A DNA stretch of 63,477 nt, the filler included, from Chiloscyllium plagiosum (lineage: Eukaryota): the NCBI RefSeq assembly GCF_004010195.1. It is 5 parts of one record of this genome, joined end to end, with 100 filler letters (N's around TTAATTAATTAA, not from the genome) between each part and the next. Parts side by side here need not be neighbours in the genome. Positions count along the whole stretch, not along the records: positions 1 to 14,794 come from NC_057713.1; positions 14,895 to 33,840 come from NC_057713.1; 3 more parts are not named here. One strand, 5' to 3'. The notes under the pieces were generated by a model, which saw only the letters and a list, made by a program, of their open reading frames with translations, was not told the DNA's origin and did no database searches. This document shows, one piece after another, positions 12,836 to 25,377 of this stretch; position 1 is the stretch's first letter, and each line of letters opens with the position of its first letter. The position numbers and the translations under genes are program-made.

Positions 12836-14431
12836 AACAGACACAGTGGCCTCATTCTGTGCCATACATTTTACTGCATTTTCTAAATACCTCAAGAGAA
12901 GGATCTGCACAGATGAGGGGTTAGGGTGGTGGAGTGGCTGTACATGAGTTTCTCATTAGGAGAGCTAGCATGGTTGAATGGGTCAAATGGCTTTCTGTGC
13001 TGTAGCAATTAAATGATTTCCGATGCATCTAATTTTTGTTGACGTGGGGAAGAGAGTAAGCCATGATTCTCACAAAAGTGAAATACAAACTTCAAAGTCT
13101 AAAGACTCATCTTTGGAATAAATTATAATAATCCCATTGTCATCTAAATCAGTAGTGATTGCAAATTTTGTGTACTTCGGCTAATCCTGCCATTTTGAGT
13201 GTGCAATCATGGTTTCAAAGACCTGGTATAACAAAGCAGGATGTTATATTTTTAAGGATTTGCTGTGCTGAGCTCAGTGCATGAGCTGTTGCCTATTCAC
13301 TCAAATTAATATGTAATAAATATTATTACAAATCAATGTAAGTAATCCAGATAGTTCCCTGAAATCAATACAAAGTTGTAAATTTTGGGAGTATCCTAAT
13401 TGTGAGATATATTCATGTCTTCTAACACAAAATTCTCAATCATCAGTAAAGTGAGGGAAAGAAGCACCAACAGTGTTATTGAGCAGCTCTTGCTCAGTAA
13501 TAACCTGCTCAGTAACGTCCAGTTTGGGTTCCACCAGGGCCACTCAGCTCCTGACCTCATTCCAGCCTTAGTTCAAACATGGACAAAGAGCTGAATACTA
13601 GGGATGAGGTGACAGTGACAGTGACAGTGACAGCCCTTGACATCAGCCTGCTTGATTGGCACAACACCCAGTAGCAGCAGTGTGTATTATCTACAAGATG
13701 CACCAATGATCCTTCAGCAGTACTTTCCAAACTCATGACCACTTCAATCTAGAAAAACAAGGACAGCAGATACATAGGAACACCATTACCTGCAAGTCTC
13801 CCTCACCATCCTGACTTGGAAATATATCACTTTCCTTCACTGTGGCTGGGTCAAAATCCTGGAAGTCCTTCCCTAAGGGCATTGTTGGTCAACCTACAGA
13901 ACATGGACAGCAGCAGTTCATATGAAGGCAGCTCACCACCACCTTCTCAAGAGCAGCTATGGATAGGTTATAAATGCTGGCCAGCCAGTGATCGCCAGTG
14001 AATAAAATGAAACTTGGGTACCAAGTGTTGTTCTGGTCATCTCATTACAAGCAAAGTGTAATTGCACTAAAGGGGCTGCAAAGGAGATTTACAAGGATAT
14101 TGCCAGGTTTTGAAAATTGCCGTTTTGTGGAAAAATTGTTTGGGCTGGTGTTGTTCTCCTTGGAACAGAGGAGGTTGAGCAGAAATTTGATCAAGGCTGT
14201 GACAAGCTTGGTTAGATTAAATGCAAGGCAGTAACCAGAGCATAGATTTAAATTGATTGGTAGAGGAATTTTCTTGATTTGATTTGATTTGATTTGAGTT
14301 ATTGTCAGATACAATGAAAAGCATTGTTTTGTATGTCATCCAGACAAATGATACCTCACATAAATACATCAGGGTAGTAAACAGAATGTAAAGTATAGTG
14401 TTACAGCTACAGAGAAAGATCAACTCTAATA

Positions 14432-14794
14432 CAGAGGAACCTCGATTATCCGAATAACAATTATCCAAAAATTGGATTATCCGAAGCAGATCTTGAGGCC
14501 CCGATCGAAAATTACATCAAAGACTTGTTTCCAACAATGATCGCGTATTTTGTTTACAGTGATTAAACAGGTACATCTCCAAATGACTGAGTGCCCACTT
14601 TTTCTCTCTCCCCACACTTTCCCTGGAGTTCTACACCCCTTAACCCCACTTCCCTGGTATTGGAGCAGGGGGCAGTTTTGGACGGTGTTGGGGGCAGGGG
14701 GGTGTTGGGTCATGGGGCAGTGTTGGAGGCAGTGTTGAGGCCAGGAGTTGTGTTGGACAGTGTTGGAGGCAGGGGGGTGTTGGGAGCGGTGTTG
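14432..14794. mobile_element. pogo/Tigger-like MITE left end with an internal G-rich minisatellite, cut by the gap
   Basis: TA|CAGAGGAACCTCGATTATCCGAA terminus, subterminal ATTATCCGAA repeats and a (GGCAGTGTTG)-like array. Confidence 0.7.
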
Positions 14795-14894
14795 NNNNNN
14801 NNNNNNNNNNNNNNNNNNNNNNNNNNNNNNNNNNNNNNTTAATTAATTAANNNNNNNNNNNNNNNNNNNNNNNNNNNNNNNNNNNNNNNNNNNN
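14795..14894. other. Assembly gap spacer
   Basis: N44-TTAATTAATTAA-N44, identical at all four gaps. Confidence 0.98.
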
Positions 14895-15259
14895 GTTTAC
14901 AAAATTATGAGGGGCATGGATAGGGTAAATAGGCAAAGTCTTTCCCTGGCGTCGGGGAGTCCAGAACTAGAGGGCATAGGTTTAGGATGAGAGGGGAAAG
15001 ATATAGAAGAGACCTAAGGGGCAACTTTTTCACGCAGAGGGTGGTACGTGTATGGAATGAGCTGCCAGAGGATGTGGTGGAGGCTGGTACAAATGCAACA
15101 TTTAAGAGGCATTTGGATGGGTATATGAATAGGAAGGGTTTGAAGGGATATGGGCCAGGTGCTGGCAGGTGGGACTAGATTGGGTTGGGATATCTGGTTG
15201 GCATGGACGGGTTGGACCGAAGGGTCTGTTTCCATGCTGTATACCTCTATGGCTCTATA
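14895..15259 (+). mobile_element. CR1/HER1-type LINE 3' end (young subfamily)
   Basis: RGNFFTQRVVRVWNELP; near-identical to 33941-34316 and 51427-51835. Confidence 0.92.
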
Positions 15260-16397
15260 TTCAGCACCTGACTAAATGTCAGTAAAGAACTGCAATTTTC
15301 CTATCTGTCTGACCTCAAACAACAACAAAGTATTTCAGTAACTATTAAAGTTAATATCCAAAGTGAATTCAAACTGACCTGCCTTCTCCAAACAGCACAC
15401 TTCCCTTCACTACAGTCTGTGCCCTTCACTGTTCCCGGTGTCTCTACTGGGTTCTGTCTGAGGACCAGAAGATCAGAAGAAATGATTGGCTGCCTCTTTA
15501 CTACAAAAGATTTGTGAGGTTACAGTGATTCTCCTCTCAGAGTAATGAATTCCTGGAGAGCTGCTGGTACCAGCTATACTTCTACAGCTTTTCCTGCCAG
15601 ACTGGCATTACTTCCACACTGCAGTGATCTAGTATTTGGATGAGGAAGGTCACAGGTCTGAAAGAACTAACCTCATTATTCAGTAGGATGATGTGCTTAA
15701 CGTTACTCATCAAATCCTGAGAACCCAGGAAACAGTTGCTTGTATTACCTTCCAAATGGTCTGGAAGCCAATATACAGATTGTTATCTATCTCCCTCCTA
15801 CTTCCAGCAAAGCAATGCTCCCATAAGAAAGAGTCTGATTCTAAGATCTACTGATGGGTCTGAATTAAAGGTCAAGATTTAAGGGTTTTTTTTCATGAAG
15901 TATGAGGGCATTTAATGGTGACTAACACTTTGCTTACTCACATATCCCAGCAGCCCAAGTGACAACTGGGGAATTAAACACCAACTGGGGAATTAAATGA
16001 CTTCTCATCCAACCAGATAACTCACCAGAAATGATCCATCCTACCAAATACTGGCCAGTCAAAGGTCCTGGGAGCTGGTGAGTTCTGCTGGATGTCCAGA
16101 TCGCACAGATATGAAGTCCTAAGCTGATGTGAAGATGACGGTCTTTTTGGGAGTATTGCAGAGGTTAAAGAAAAAGAGGGATTACATATTTGGAGGCAAC
16201 AGCAGGAGTTTCGCTTTCAGTAGTCAGCCCCTTGGTGGTCATCCATCATTCCCAATGCCCTGGATTGAGGCAACTGGAGACCCTCCCCAACATGGCTTTC
16301 CTATCGGGAAAACAGCCCCTTTTTGCCTGCCAGGAGGGCAGGTAATTAGGCCAAAGGTGGGTCAAGGCCCTTAGTGGCTATTAGTTGACCACTTAAC

Positions 16398-16723
16398 AGT
16401 CTTAATTGGTGGTGGGTCAAGAAAGATGTCCGAAGATGACTTCACCCAGAACTCAAAGGCTGAGATGGTATAGAGAGGGTGAGTATGTCAAATGCTGATC
16501 TGTCCCGTTAATTCTTCTCCCTGCCACCTATGTACCATTTCTAAGGAGTGGAAATCCTGCAGTCTTAATTGGTGGTGGGTCAAGAAAGATGTCCGAAGAT
16601 GACTTCACCCAGAACTCAAAGGCTGAGATGGTATGTTGAAATCTCGTATGTCAAATGCTGATCTGTCCCGTTAATTCTTCTCCCTGCCACCTACGTACCA
16701 TTTCTAAGGAGTGGAAATCCTGC
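16398..16723 (+). repeat. Tandem duplication, 2 x 163 bp
   Basis: 16398-16560 and 16561-16723 are identical except for one 11-nt block and one substitution. Confidence 0.95.
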
Positions 16724-19700
16724 CCAGAGTTTAAAAAAAAGTCCCTAAATATCGCCACAAATAATGATAAAGATTCAAGAGTTAGATCTGTTAGTTGCTG
16801 CAAATCTTCCGAGAGTGACCTCTATGCCTGTACCCAGCTACCCTCAGTTATCCCTTTAAGCACTTGCCTAGCATGTCTGAGTCACAAGCTTTCAAAAGAA
16901 CTGATAGGTTTTTCCTCAACCATTCTCTCGGATGGCAGTCCACCCCCATCAACTTCCTCTTTCATATACTCATTGCATTTCACAACTCATTGTGCCTACT
17001 ACAATCCATCACCTATCTCCAAACTCCAACCTGCCCGTGTGCTTTAACATGAATGAGCAATGGATGGGATTAAACAAGATTAAGTGCATAGGAAAGGAAT
17101 TATGTTGTACTTGACAGGGATGCTAAGTGAGTGTGTTGGTGTACAGTCACCAATTTAGAGCTCCACTATTATCCTACCTTCACCAACTCTCAGGACAAGT
17201 GCAGTGCCTCCTCATCAGCTCCACAGCCTATAAAGGTTTTATTTTAGATTGGGGATGTTCTTTCTTGTCTCTTTCACCAAGCCTTTTGCCCTCCTCCTTC
17301 TCACTCTTTCTTTGTTTTATCATCTTTGGTTTTCCTAATTGTGCTTCTGAATTATTTTGGCTGTGTTACACTGATTTGAATACGAAATATACTTATACAA
17401 ACCTCCACAATGGAGTAGGAAATTGCTTTATGGTCAATTATTTCATATAGCTGTGTAAGATTCCCTAAAAAGGCTCTGGTATAATAATATATGTTCTAAC
17501 ATTTATTGAAGTCTTTCCAACCATGCAAAATTCACCAATTTACCGACATGCTTGATAACCAAATCAAAATCTGTGCAGTTTGTCAGTTCCAGATGTATCA
17601 TCAGAAATATCAATGAAATGAACAGAAAACTAGTACTAAAGAAGAATATACCCTCTCACTGTCACTGTAGCCATTTGATGAATGCATGTGTTCTCTTACT
17701 TTTCAGATTCTGAAGGTAATTGAAGCTTCATGACAATGTTCAGGTGTTTGCCTTACATACTCAAGGAAAGTTTACTTTTTTGAAATTTGAGTATATAAGA
17801 CTAGCATTTCTATTGGGGTTCTCCTGGTTTCCCACCATAAAGTTAGCAGAATATCAGCGGAGACCTGGGCAAATTGAAGTAAGTAAATTGTGTGCTGTCT
17901 GAGGCTTTGCCAATCTTGCAAAATTAATATAGGAGATCACAAGCACCGCTCTAGAACTACTAACCATGGTCTTTATTAGTGCGACTTATACTGACGAGTA
18001 AATAAGGACAACAGAGGAGGGAAAGTAGGTGAATGTTATTCAGTGCACCAAATGTATTACTGCCATAGCTCATATACACTCGCATCCAAGACAGATTCTA
18101 CTGTAACAAGTTAACATTAGACAGAAAGTTAGAAGTTAAGAAATAGGTAATTTTGAGTCTGCTCCAGCATTTAATAAAATTATGACTTTTCTAATTGGGG
18201 TCTCAACTTCACTATTCTTTCAACTCCCCCACAACCACTAGTTCCCTTGTCTTTCTAAAACCTATCTAACTCAGCCTTGAATGTGTTTAAAAAAAAACTA
18301 GCCTTGGCTATATTCTGTGAATGAAATTCCACATTGTAATGACATATAATTTGCACAAATGCTCATTTATCAGGCAGGACAAGCTTTGGGAATCTCTTGG
18401 CACTCAAATGTTCTGTGTAAAGAGGGAGACATAGTACAAGACATATTCCAGACAGGTGCATTTGCACCTTCAGATAATCAGAGTCTGCTGTATATCAGCA
18501 GCCATCTTTAGGGAGTAAAGTAATTGTGTTTGGGCAATTTGAAACGAACCTGTATGTCAAGATTACTAATCCTCAAGGAAGCTAATGATTGAGTTTATGT
18601 GCTCAAGCAGTGAGAACCACAACCCACTTCAAAAGCTAAGTATGGCTTTCTCATTTGTGATTAATGGAATCAATGCCTTGAGTTTTAACCTCAATGGATC
18701 CTTCCACATAACAATAATAACTACTTAGCAGATTTCCCAACATGCAGTGGATAACTGCATTCTGAAAATAGCGAATGTTCTATTTTCCCTAAACCATTTT
18801 GTTCATCCAATTCCTTGAAATAAAATAGGCAGCAACCCAAGAAAGCCCTTTACTTTTAGTGACACTCTGGATTCTCCAAAGTGAAAGGTATTATTAATCA
18901 ATCATGTTTCTTATGTTTCAGTGCTTCTTGAACAAGTGGTTTGGATATCTGCTAAGATGCAGACCTCTGCGCATACAAAGTGGAGAAATTTAGCTTTTCA
19001 GTTCAGTTAGCCAGCTGTGGTTTAATTACACATAAACACTTTTAGATAGGCTCTAATCCCAATATTCAGCTGTTCTTCAGTCTTTGTTTTAAATCTGGTT
19101 GCAACTAGTATGACAGTTTCACAGTAATATTGTCCACAGTTCCAATCAATCAGCATGTTATGCCTTAAATGATCAGCTGAGGGTTGACAATTCTACAATG
19201 ATAGAATTTCCAAACTATCCCAGGTTGTCAGGAGGAGGTGTGACACAAATAATACATATTTCTCCACCGGCAGGGAGGAAAAACTACATGGGAATTTCAC
19301 AGGGTTTTCCCCCTTCCTTTTGCAAATAACCAGTTGTATCCCAGAAGAGACAATCTAAAAATCATTTAAACCAAAAACACTGTTCTTCATCCTCCTCCAA
19401 ATTTTAGGTTAGCTAAGTTATGTGGTTAATTACAGAATGTAGTCACATACAAATTCCAAATGTATTAAAATGCAACTTACTTTTTCGTGTTTATCTCAAA
19501 GGAGCTTGAATGGAAATACAAGTGGAAATAGAAACAGATTGATTGAAATGGAAATTTAAGAGCCCTATATTTAGTATTAAATATTAATATGATCGATAAA
19601 TGTATCTGGACATAATTCTGAAACCAGAAGTCTCACCCTTGGACCCAATCTCTGCCTCTCAGAAGTTGGAGGAAACATGTTATCGTGCAGCTGCCCAGGT

Positions 19701-21759
19701 CAGAGCTGACATTTCCTTTGTGTGTAATTAATATGCAACACAACAGTAATTAAGACCTTGTCGAGCAAGGTCTAAAGCAGAGTGTTTTCCAAAGATAGGG
19801 TCTGCATGTGGAGGGGTAAGGTATCATTTTAGATATGATCCTGGGAGCCCTTTGAGAGGGTAAAATGCTCTTTTGCAGAGGTAAAATTGGGATTGTTAAA
19901 AGTAGACAGGAATGTACATGAAAAGTGCAAAGCTCAATGAAACTTTCAATTCAAACTCAAGGGAACTATCAAGAGAACTGTTAAGCTTAAAATATATTTA
20001 CGTTTTTCATTCAAATATGTGAAAAACTGTCTGCAAGGATAGGCAGGAGTTGTATTAGAAAGGAATTCTGTCTGTTGACATAAGCCAGCGAGTTATCATT
20101 GTAGGATTAATACTGCAAGACTAATTTTATTATCATCATATTCACAGTTTAATTGACAGCTCCAAGTGATTACAAAATCTTTGAACTGAGAGTAGGAATA
20201 CAAATGATTGCTTTTCTAAAGGAACTTCAGAATGTTAAATGCAGTGATTTTTTTAAAAATTAGTTTTTTTAAAAATAGTGAATTTATTATTAGACATGTG
20301 AGCATTACTTTTAATCTCAGCACCAGGTTGAGGTTTGCCCATGGTTAACAACTGAAAGTGGTGGGATGGAGGTCATGGTTTGGCATGAGTTGGCACTAAG
20401 TTGGCATACAAGCTAAGAAGCACAAAGGGGCTAGGTGGAAGGGTGCATAACTGTATGGAGGGTATGACGGGCCTTGGTGGGGCACCTAAGTTGGCATAGA
20501 TGGTGTCAGGAAATGTTGGGTGTGGGGGTTGATGTCAGAAGCGTTAGGTTTCATCAAAGCTATGGAACAAAATGCTGCCAGCTCTCCAAAGTGCTCCAAT
20601 GCAGGTCTTCTGCCCAGCCCACCTCTAGCGTCTGTTGCTCTGACTCCCATTTTCACTCACACCCACCTCTCTGAGAACAAAACTTCAAACCTCCACAGTA
20701 CATTTTTCTGAGTCAGGTTTGCAGAACCAGGAATTATCCCTACTCAGGAATTAAAAATGCAGGCATTCCTCATCATGCTTCCATCATTGTGTAGGGCATT
20801 CTCTTCCTGGTTTGAAAATGTTTCACGTGAAGCTGCTATCTCCCAGATCAAGTACTGTGTGGATCCCTTTTCCTATTTTCAGCTGAGTATCTCCCACTCT
20901 TACCCAACATGTATTTCAAATGGCTTTTAATCTCTTTGGCTCCAGTAGTTCATGCTAACAGCAAGCCTGAGATTTTCAAGCCTGAGCAATACCTCCACAA
21001 AACATTGAAAGCCAGATAAATATCACTTTTCCTGAGCAGCTACAAGTGTCTGTAGTTTTAAAAAATAACTTTGTATACAAATTATTGTAAATGATTACAG
21101 ACGATATGAACTTACAAAATATTGTAAACTTTAAATCAAACTGAAATGAAACTGATTAACTCTAAGTGTGAGGGAATGTATATGGAATGTGATAATCCAG
21201 CACTTCACCATTTAAATGATTCCAATCTGCACGTCAAACAAGCGTCATTCATTGTTGAGTATATAAAGAAACGTTTGAGTTTGTTTAATCAGTACAATTT
21301 TTGAGTGAAATTGGCCAAATGGTGCAAAACTCTCATGAATTTTTCAGTTTGAATTGCATCAAGCAAAAATTGAATTCATTCAGTAATCTATAATAGTTTT
21401 GGTTTTGAAATCATTTTGTCCAAAGTCACCCTGCCCACAAAACTGGTCATGCCACAGATCAAAATAATGAAGATGCTGTGTTACTGCCAATTATTCAAAA
21501 GAAATGGGAGTGTAACTGGAAACCTAAAATCAGACTGAGAAGAAAAACAGAAACACAAACAAAGTACTTTTCCCTGTGCACAGTTATATTCCTAATTCTA
21601 ACAGATTTAAATTAATCCATTTCTAGAGAACATTTGCAGCAAAAGTAACACTCAAGAACTGGAAAAAGAATCTTAGAGATGGCCTACAAAAACCAACACT
21701 AATGAATCCAACATGTACAGTGAGCATTAAAAAGTTTCGTGAAGATAATGAAACACCAA

Positions 21760-22680
21760 AGCAGGCAAATGTATAGTTATGATGTGCAAGACAGAATCAG
21801 TCCGAGTTAGGGCAGTGAACAATAACCTAACTGGTTTCTTTAGATGTTTGGAGAAAATGACAGGTTCTTGGCAGTCGTATTTCTCAGATGCTACATAACT
21901 GAACTTCAGAAGTCCATGAGCAACTAGAAATGGGCCAAATTTGCGACCTACATAGTCCACTACTGCCCAGGTCCCAAGACCAAATTGGAGAAAAGATGCC
22001 ACCGGTAACAGAGCTGGTGCTAAAGCTCTTAAAGGTAGGGCCATAAACAGAGTTAAGTTTACAATGGACATCAAATTGATTGGAGGGAGTGTCCCAAGCA
22101 ATGGGAATAGGCAATCCAAATGCATACATAGGTTTGAAAGGTGAGCTGCTAAATGGCAAATTCAGTTTAATATGGGCAAATCAAAAGTTAGAATACTAGG
22201 GAAAGTAAAGAACAACTGGAATATAAACTAAATGGCACTGGGCTACGTACTAGCAGTTTCAGAAGTACTTGTCTCAAAGCAATATATAGCCATTAAGGTT
22301 GTGTAACGCACATTATAAATGCAGTCCTTTCTTTCCAGTACACAATCCTGGAGATGAATTTTGCAGCTAATGATAACTCACTGAAACCAGGAATTCTGTG
22401 TGCAGGTACCTGAAGATAACTGAATCAAATCTCAGCATATATAATCAGGTCAAACAGAGAAGAAATCCTACTAGGTAATAATGAGTCTGTACAAAGCATT
22501 AGGATGGCCTCCCTTGAAATACTGTGTACAATTGTGGTCATCACATTACAGCAAGGATATCTAAGCATCATTAGTAGTGCAGAAAATAATATGTTATCTC
22601 TTGTTCAGTTTAAATCATCCAGACTGCGGAGAGGTTCAAGAGTCTGGCATTGTATACTCTGCAGGAAAAGTGATTCATGA
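21760..22680 (+). mobile_element. Highly decayed CR1-like RT remnant
   Basis: DIKLIGG...KWQIQFNMGKSKVRILGK-like translation and GAAATACTGTGTACAATTGTGGTCA (EYCVQLWS). Confidence 0.55.
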
Positions 22681-23214
22681 GGAAGTTGACACCTACTTCA
22701 CCTCGAACGAAGTGAAAACTCCAAGCACAGAAAATTGATTTCAGTGAAGACTGACTGTGTCTCTAAAATTGTTAAATAATAACTATTGCTTCAAAAACAA
22801 ATGGAACTTTGAATCTTTGGCCAAACCATTGTGTTTGGTTGTGACATTCTGCACTGCTGCCCATCAGTCATTTCTGAAACACATGTACAGGACAATTGGC
22901 CCAATTATGCCAGGATTTACACTGCACCAACAACAGCATTCTGGAATTCTGCTCCACCAAACGTCTATCGGTAACATTTAAATTTTAGGCTGTTAAATGT
23001 CTTCTGAATTTATTAAGAGCCACAGTGTTGAATAATGCTTGTAAAATTACTGCTGGGAATATCATGGGCTTAATTTCAGAGTACGACAAAACGAATGAGC
23101 TCCCAGTTTTGTTAATTTGTGAAAGCATACTCAAGCATATCTAGAAAGATTTGCTGCACACTATCTGGAGGGTGTCTGGACGAACAATGATAAGCAAAAT
23201 AATTAAAAAAGGGA

Positions 23215-25377
23215 TCGAAGCCAGGAGGAAGCCAGTTAGACCCTTGAGCCTTTTCTACCATGGTTTATCTGTGAACAAGTTCCATTTCCTGATATTATAA
23301 ACATTTATGATAGGTATGCACAGAAATAAACTTCTAGCCTGCTGTGTCTTTGACTATCATTATGACTGAATTCAACTCAGTACCCTGTTCCTGCTTTCTC
23401 TCCATACCCTTTTCAGCACTGAAACACATGTACAGGAAAGGGACACTATAGCTCTAAGAACTATATCTAAATTAATCTTGAAACATTCAATGTTTTGGCC
23501 TCAATTATCTTCTGTGACAGAGAATTTTACAGGCTCACCACACTCTCTGTGAAAAAAATTCTTTTCATTTCAATCCTAAATGACTTAGGTCATTTCTTTA
23601 ACCTATGACCCCTGATTTGGGACTACCCAGTCATCAGGAACACCCTTCCTGCATTTACCTTGTTTAATCCTGTTACAATTTCATAGGTTTCTGTGACATT
23701 CCCATTGCCCCCACCACCCCATTCTTATAAATTCTAGTGAATATAATTCTACTTATTCTAGTCTCTCTTCATGCATTACTCCTGCCATCCCAGGAATCAG
23801 TCCTTCATTACATTCCTTCCATAGCTAGAACATTCTTCTTCAGAGAAGGAGACCAAAATGACACACAATACTCCAGGTGTGGCCTTACCAATGCCCTGTA
23901 CAATTGCAGAAAGGCATCCCTGCTCCTGTATTAAATCCTTTTGCCATGAAGGCCAACATACCCTTTTCCTGCATCTGCATGCTCACTTTCAGTGACTAAT
24001 GTACAAAGACACCCAGGTGTCATTGCACCACCATCTTACCCAATCTACTGTCATTCAGCTAATTATCTGCCACCCTGTTTTTGCTACCAAATGGATAACC
24101 TCACATTTATTTGTTATGCATTTGCCTCCTCAATCAAGTTGTCAAAATCACACTGAAGCATCTCTGCATTTGCCTCACAGCTTGCCCTTTCCCCTAGTTT
24201 TGTGTCATCTGCAAACTTAGTATTATCAGATTTAGTACCCTCAGCTAAATCAGCAATATATGTTGTGACTAGTTGGTGTCCAAGCACTGATGTCACCTGT
24301 GGTACCCCACTATTCCTTGGCTGCCACTCAGAAAAACACCTGATTATTCCTATTCTTTGTTTCCTATCTACCAACCAGTTCTCTATCCACGTCAGTACAT
24401 TGCCCCAATCCCATTTGCTTTAATTTTAAATATTCATCTCTAAGAGGGGCCTTAACAAATACTTCTGAAACTCCAGTATAATACATTGGCTCCCTCTTAT
24501 CAACTTTTCCAAAAACATCCTCAAATACCTCCAGTAGAATTTGTCAAGCACAATTTCCCTTTCATAAATCCATGGTGACTCTGTCCAGTCATGTCACTAT
24601 TTTCCAAGTGCTCTGCTCTTAAATCTTGTACAGCAAACTCTATCGTTTTCCTCAGTGCCAATGTCAGCTGATCAGGCTATTATTTCCAGTTTTCTCGCTA
24701 CCTCATTTTTTAAATATTAGGGTTACATTAGCTACCCTCCAATCCATATGAACTGTTCCACAGTCTACACAATTTTGAAAGATGACCATCAATATGTTCA
24801 CCACTTCCTAAGACCACTTCCTTCAGATCACTGGAAAGCAGATTATTGACCCCTGGGGATTTATTAGCCTTTAATCCAATCAATTTGCCCAACACTCTTG
24901 CCCACTAATACTGATTCATTCAGTTCCTCCTTCTCATGAAACCCTGTTTTCCCCAACATTTTTGGGATGTTATTTGCATCTTCTTTGTGCAGACAGAACC
25001 AAAGTATTTAATGGCCTGCCATCTCTTTGTTCTCCATTATAAGTTCCATTGTTTCTGATTGTAAGGGACCTATATTTGCCTTCACTAGCCTTTCTCTGTC
25101 CTACAGAAGCTTTTACAATCAGTTTATGTACTTCCCTCAAGCCTGCTTTCTTACTCGATTTTCCCCCTCTTATTCAATCTCAGATTTGTTTTGCTGAAAT
25201 CTAAATTGCTCCCAATATTTCAGTCTGCTGCTTCTTTTTTTACCAATTTGCATGGCCCTTGATTCTAATAGTGTACTTAATTTCCCTTGTTAGTCATGGT
25301 CAGGCCACCTTTCCCATTTTATTTTTGTGCTTGACAGGAATAAACAGTTGTTGGAGTTCCTCCTAGCACTCTTTAAA
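23215..25377 (-). mobile_element. CR1 LINE RT fragment
   Basis: SGVPQ..SVLG...KFADDTKLG in ORF 24114-24374. Confidence 0.88.

Larger units (their letters stand above)
10383..14008 (+). mobile_element. Fragmented LINE: tRNA-like/DeuSINE-like head followed by a single APE-RT frame and 3' tail, with nested insertions
   Basis: A-box TGGCCTAATGG (10394) and B-box GTTTGAATCC (10458). APE motifs (VILTES, PGYVLSH, YRPPS, NILDCIL, TDHH) from ~10815. RT motifs (KQDKSNP at ~12610; QFGFHQGHSAPDL...ALDI at ~13520-13645). 3' tail to ~14008. Confidence 0.7.

Noticed and set aside
14660..14794. CRISPR-like or functional repeat array
   Set aside because: Degenerate G-rich minisatellite without unique spacers, inside a MITE in a vertebrate genome.
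14839..14850. TTAATTAATTAA motif recurring four times between N runs
   Set aside because: Artificial gap spacer with stop codons in all six frames; not biological.
21727..22125. 132-aa minus-strand ORF
   Set aside because: It is antisense to a decayed CR1 RT remnant and has no recognisable domain.
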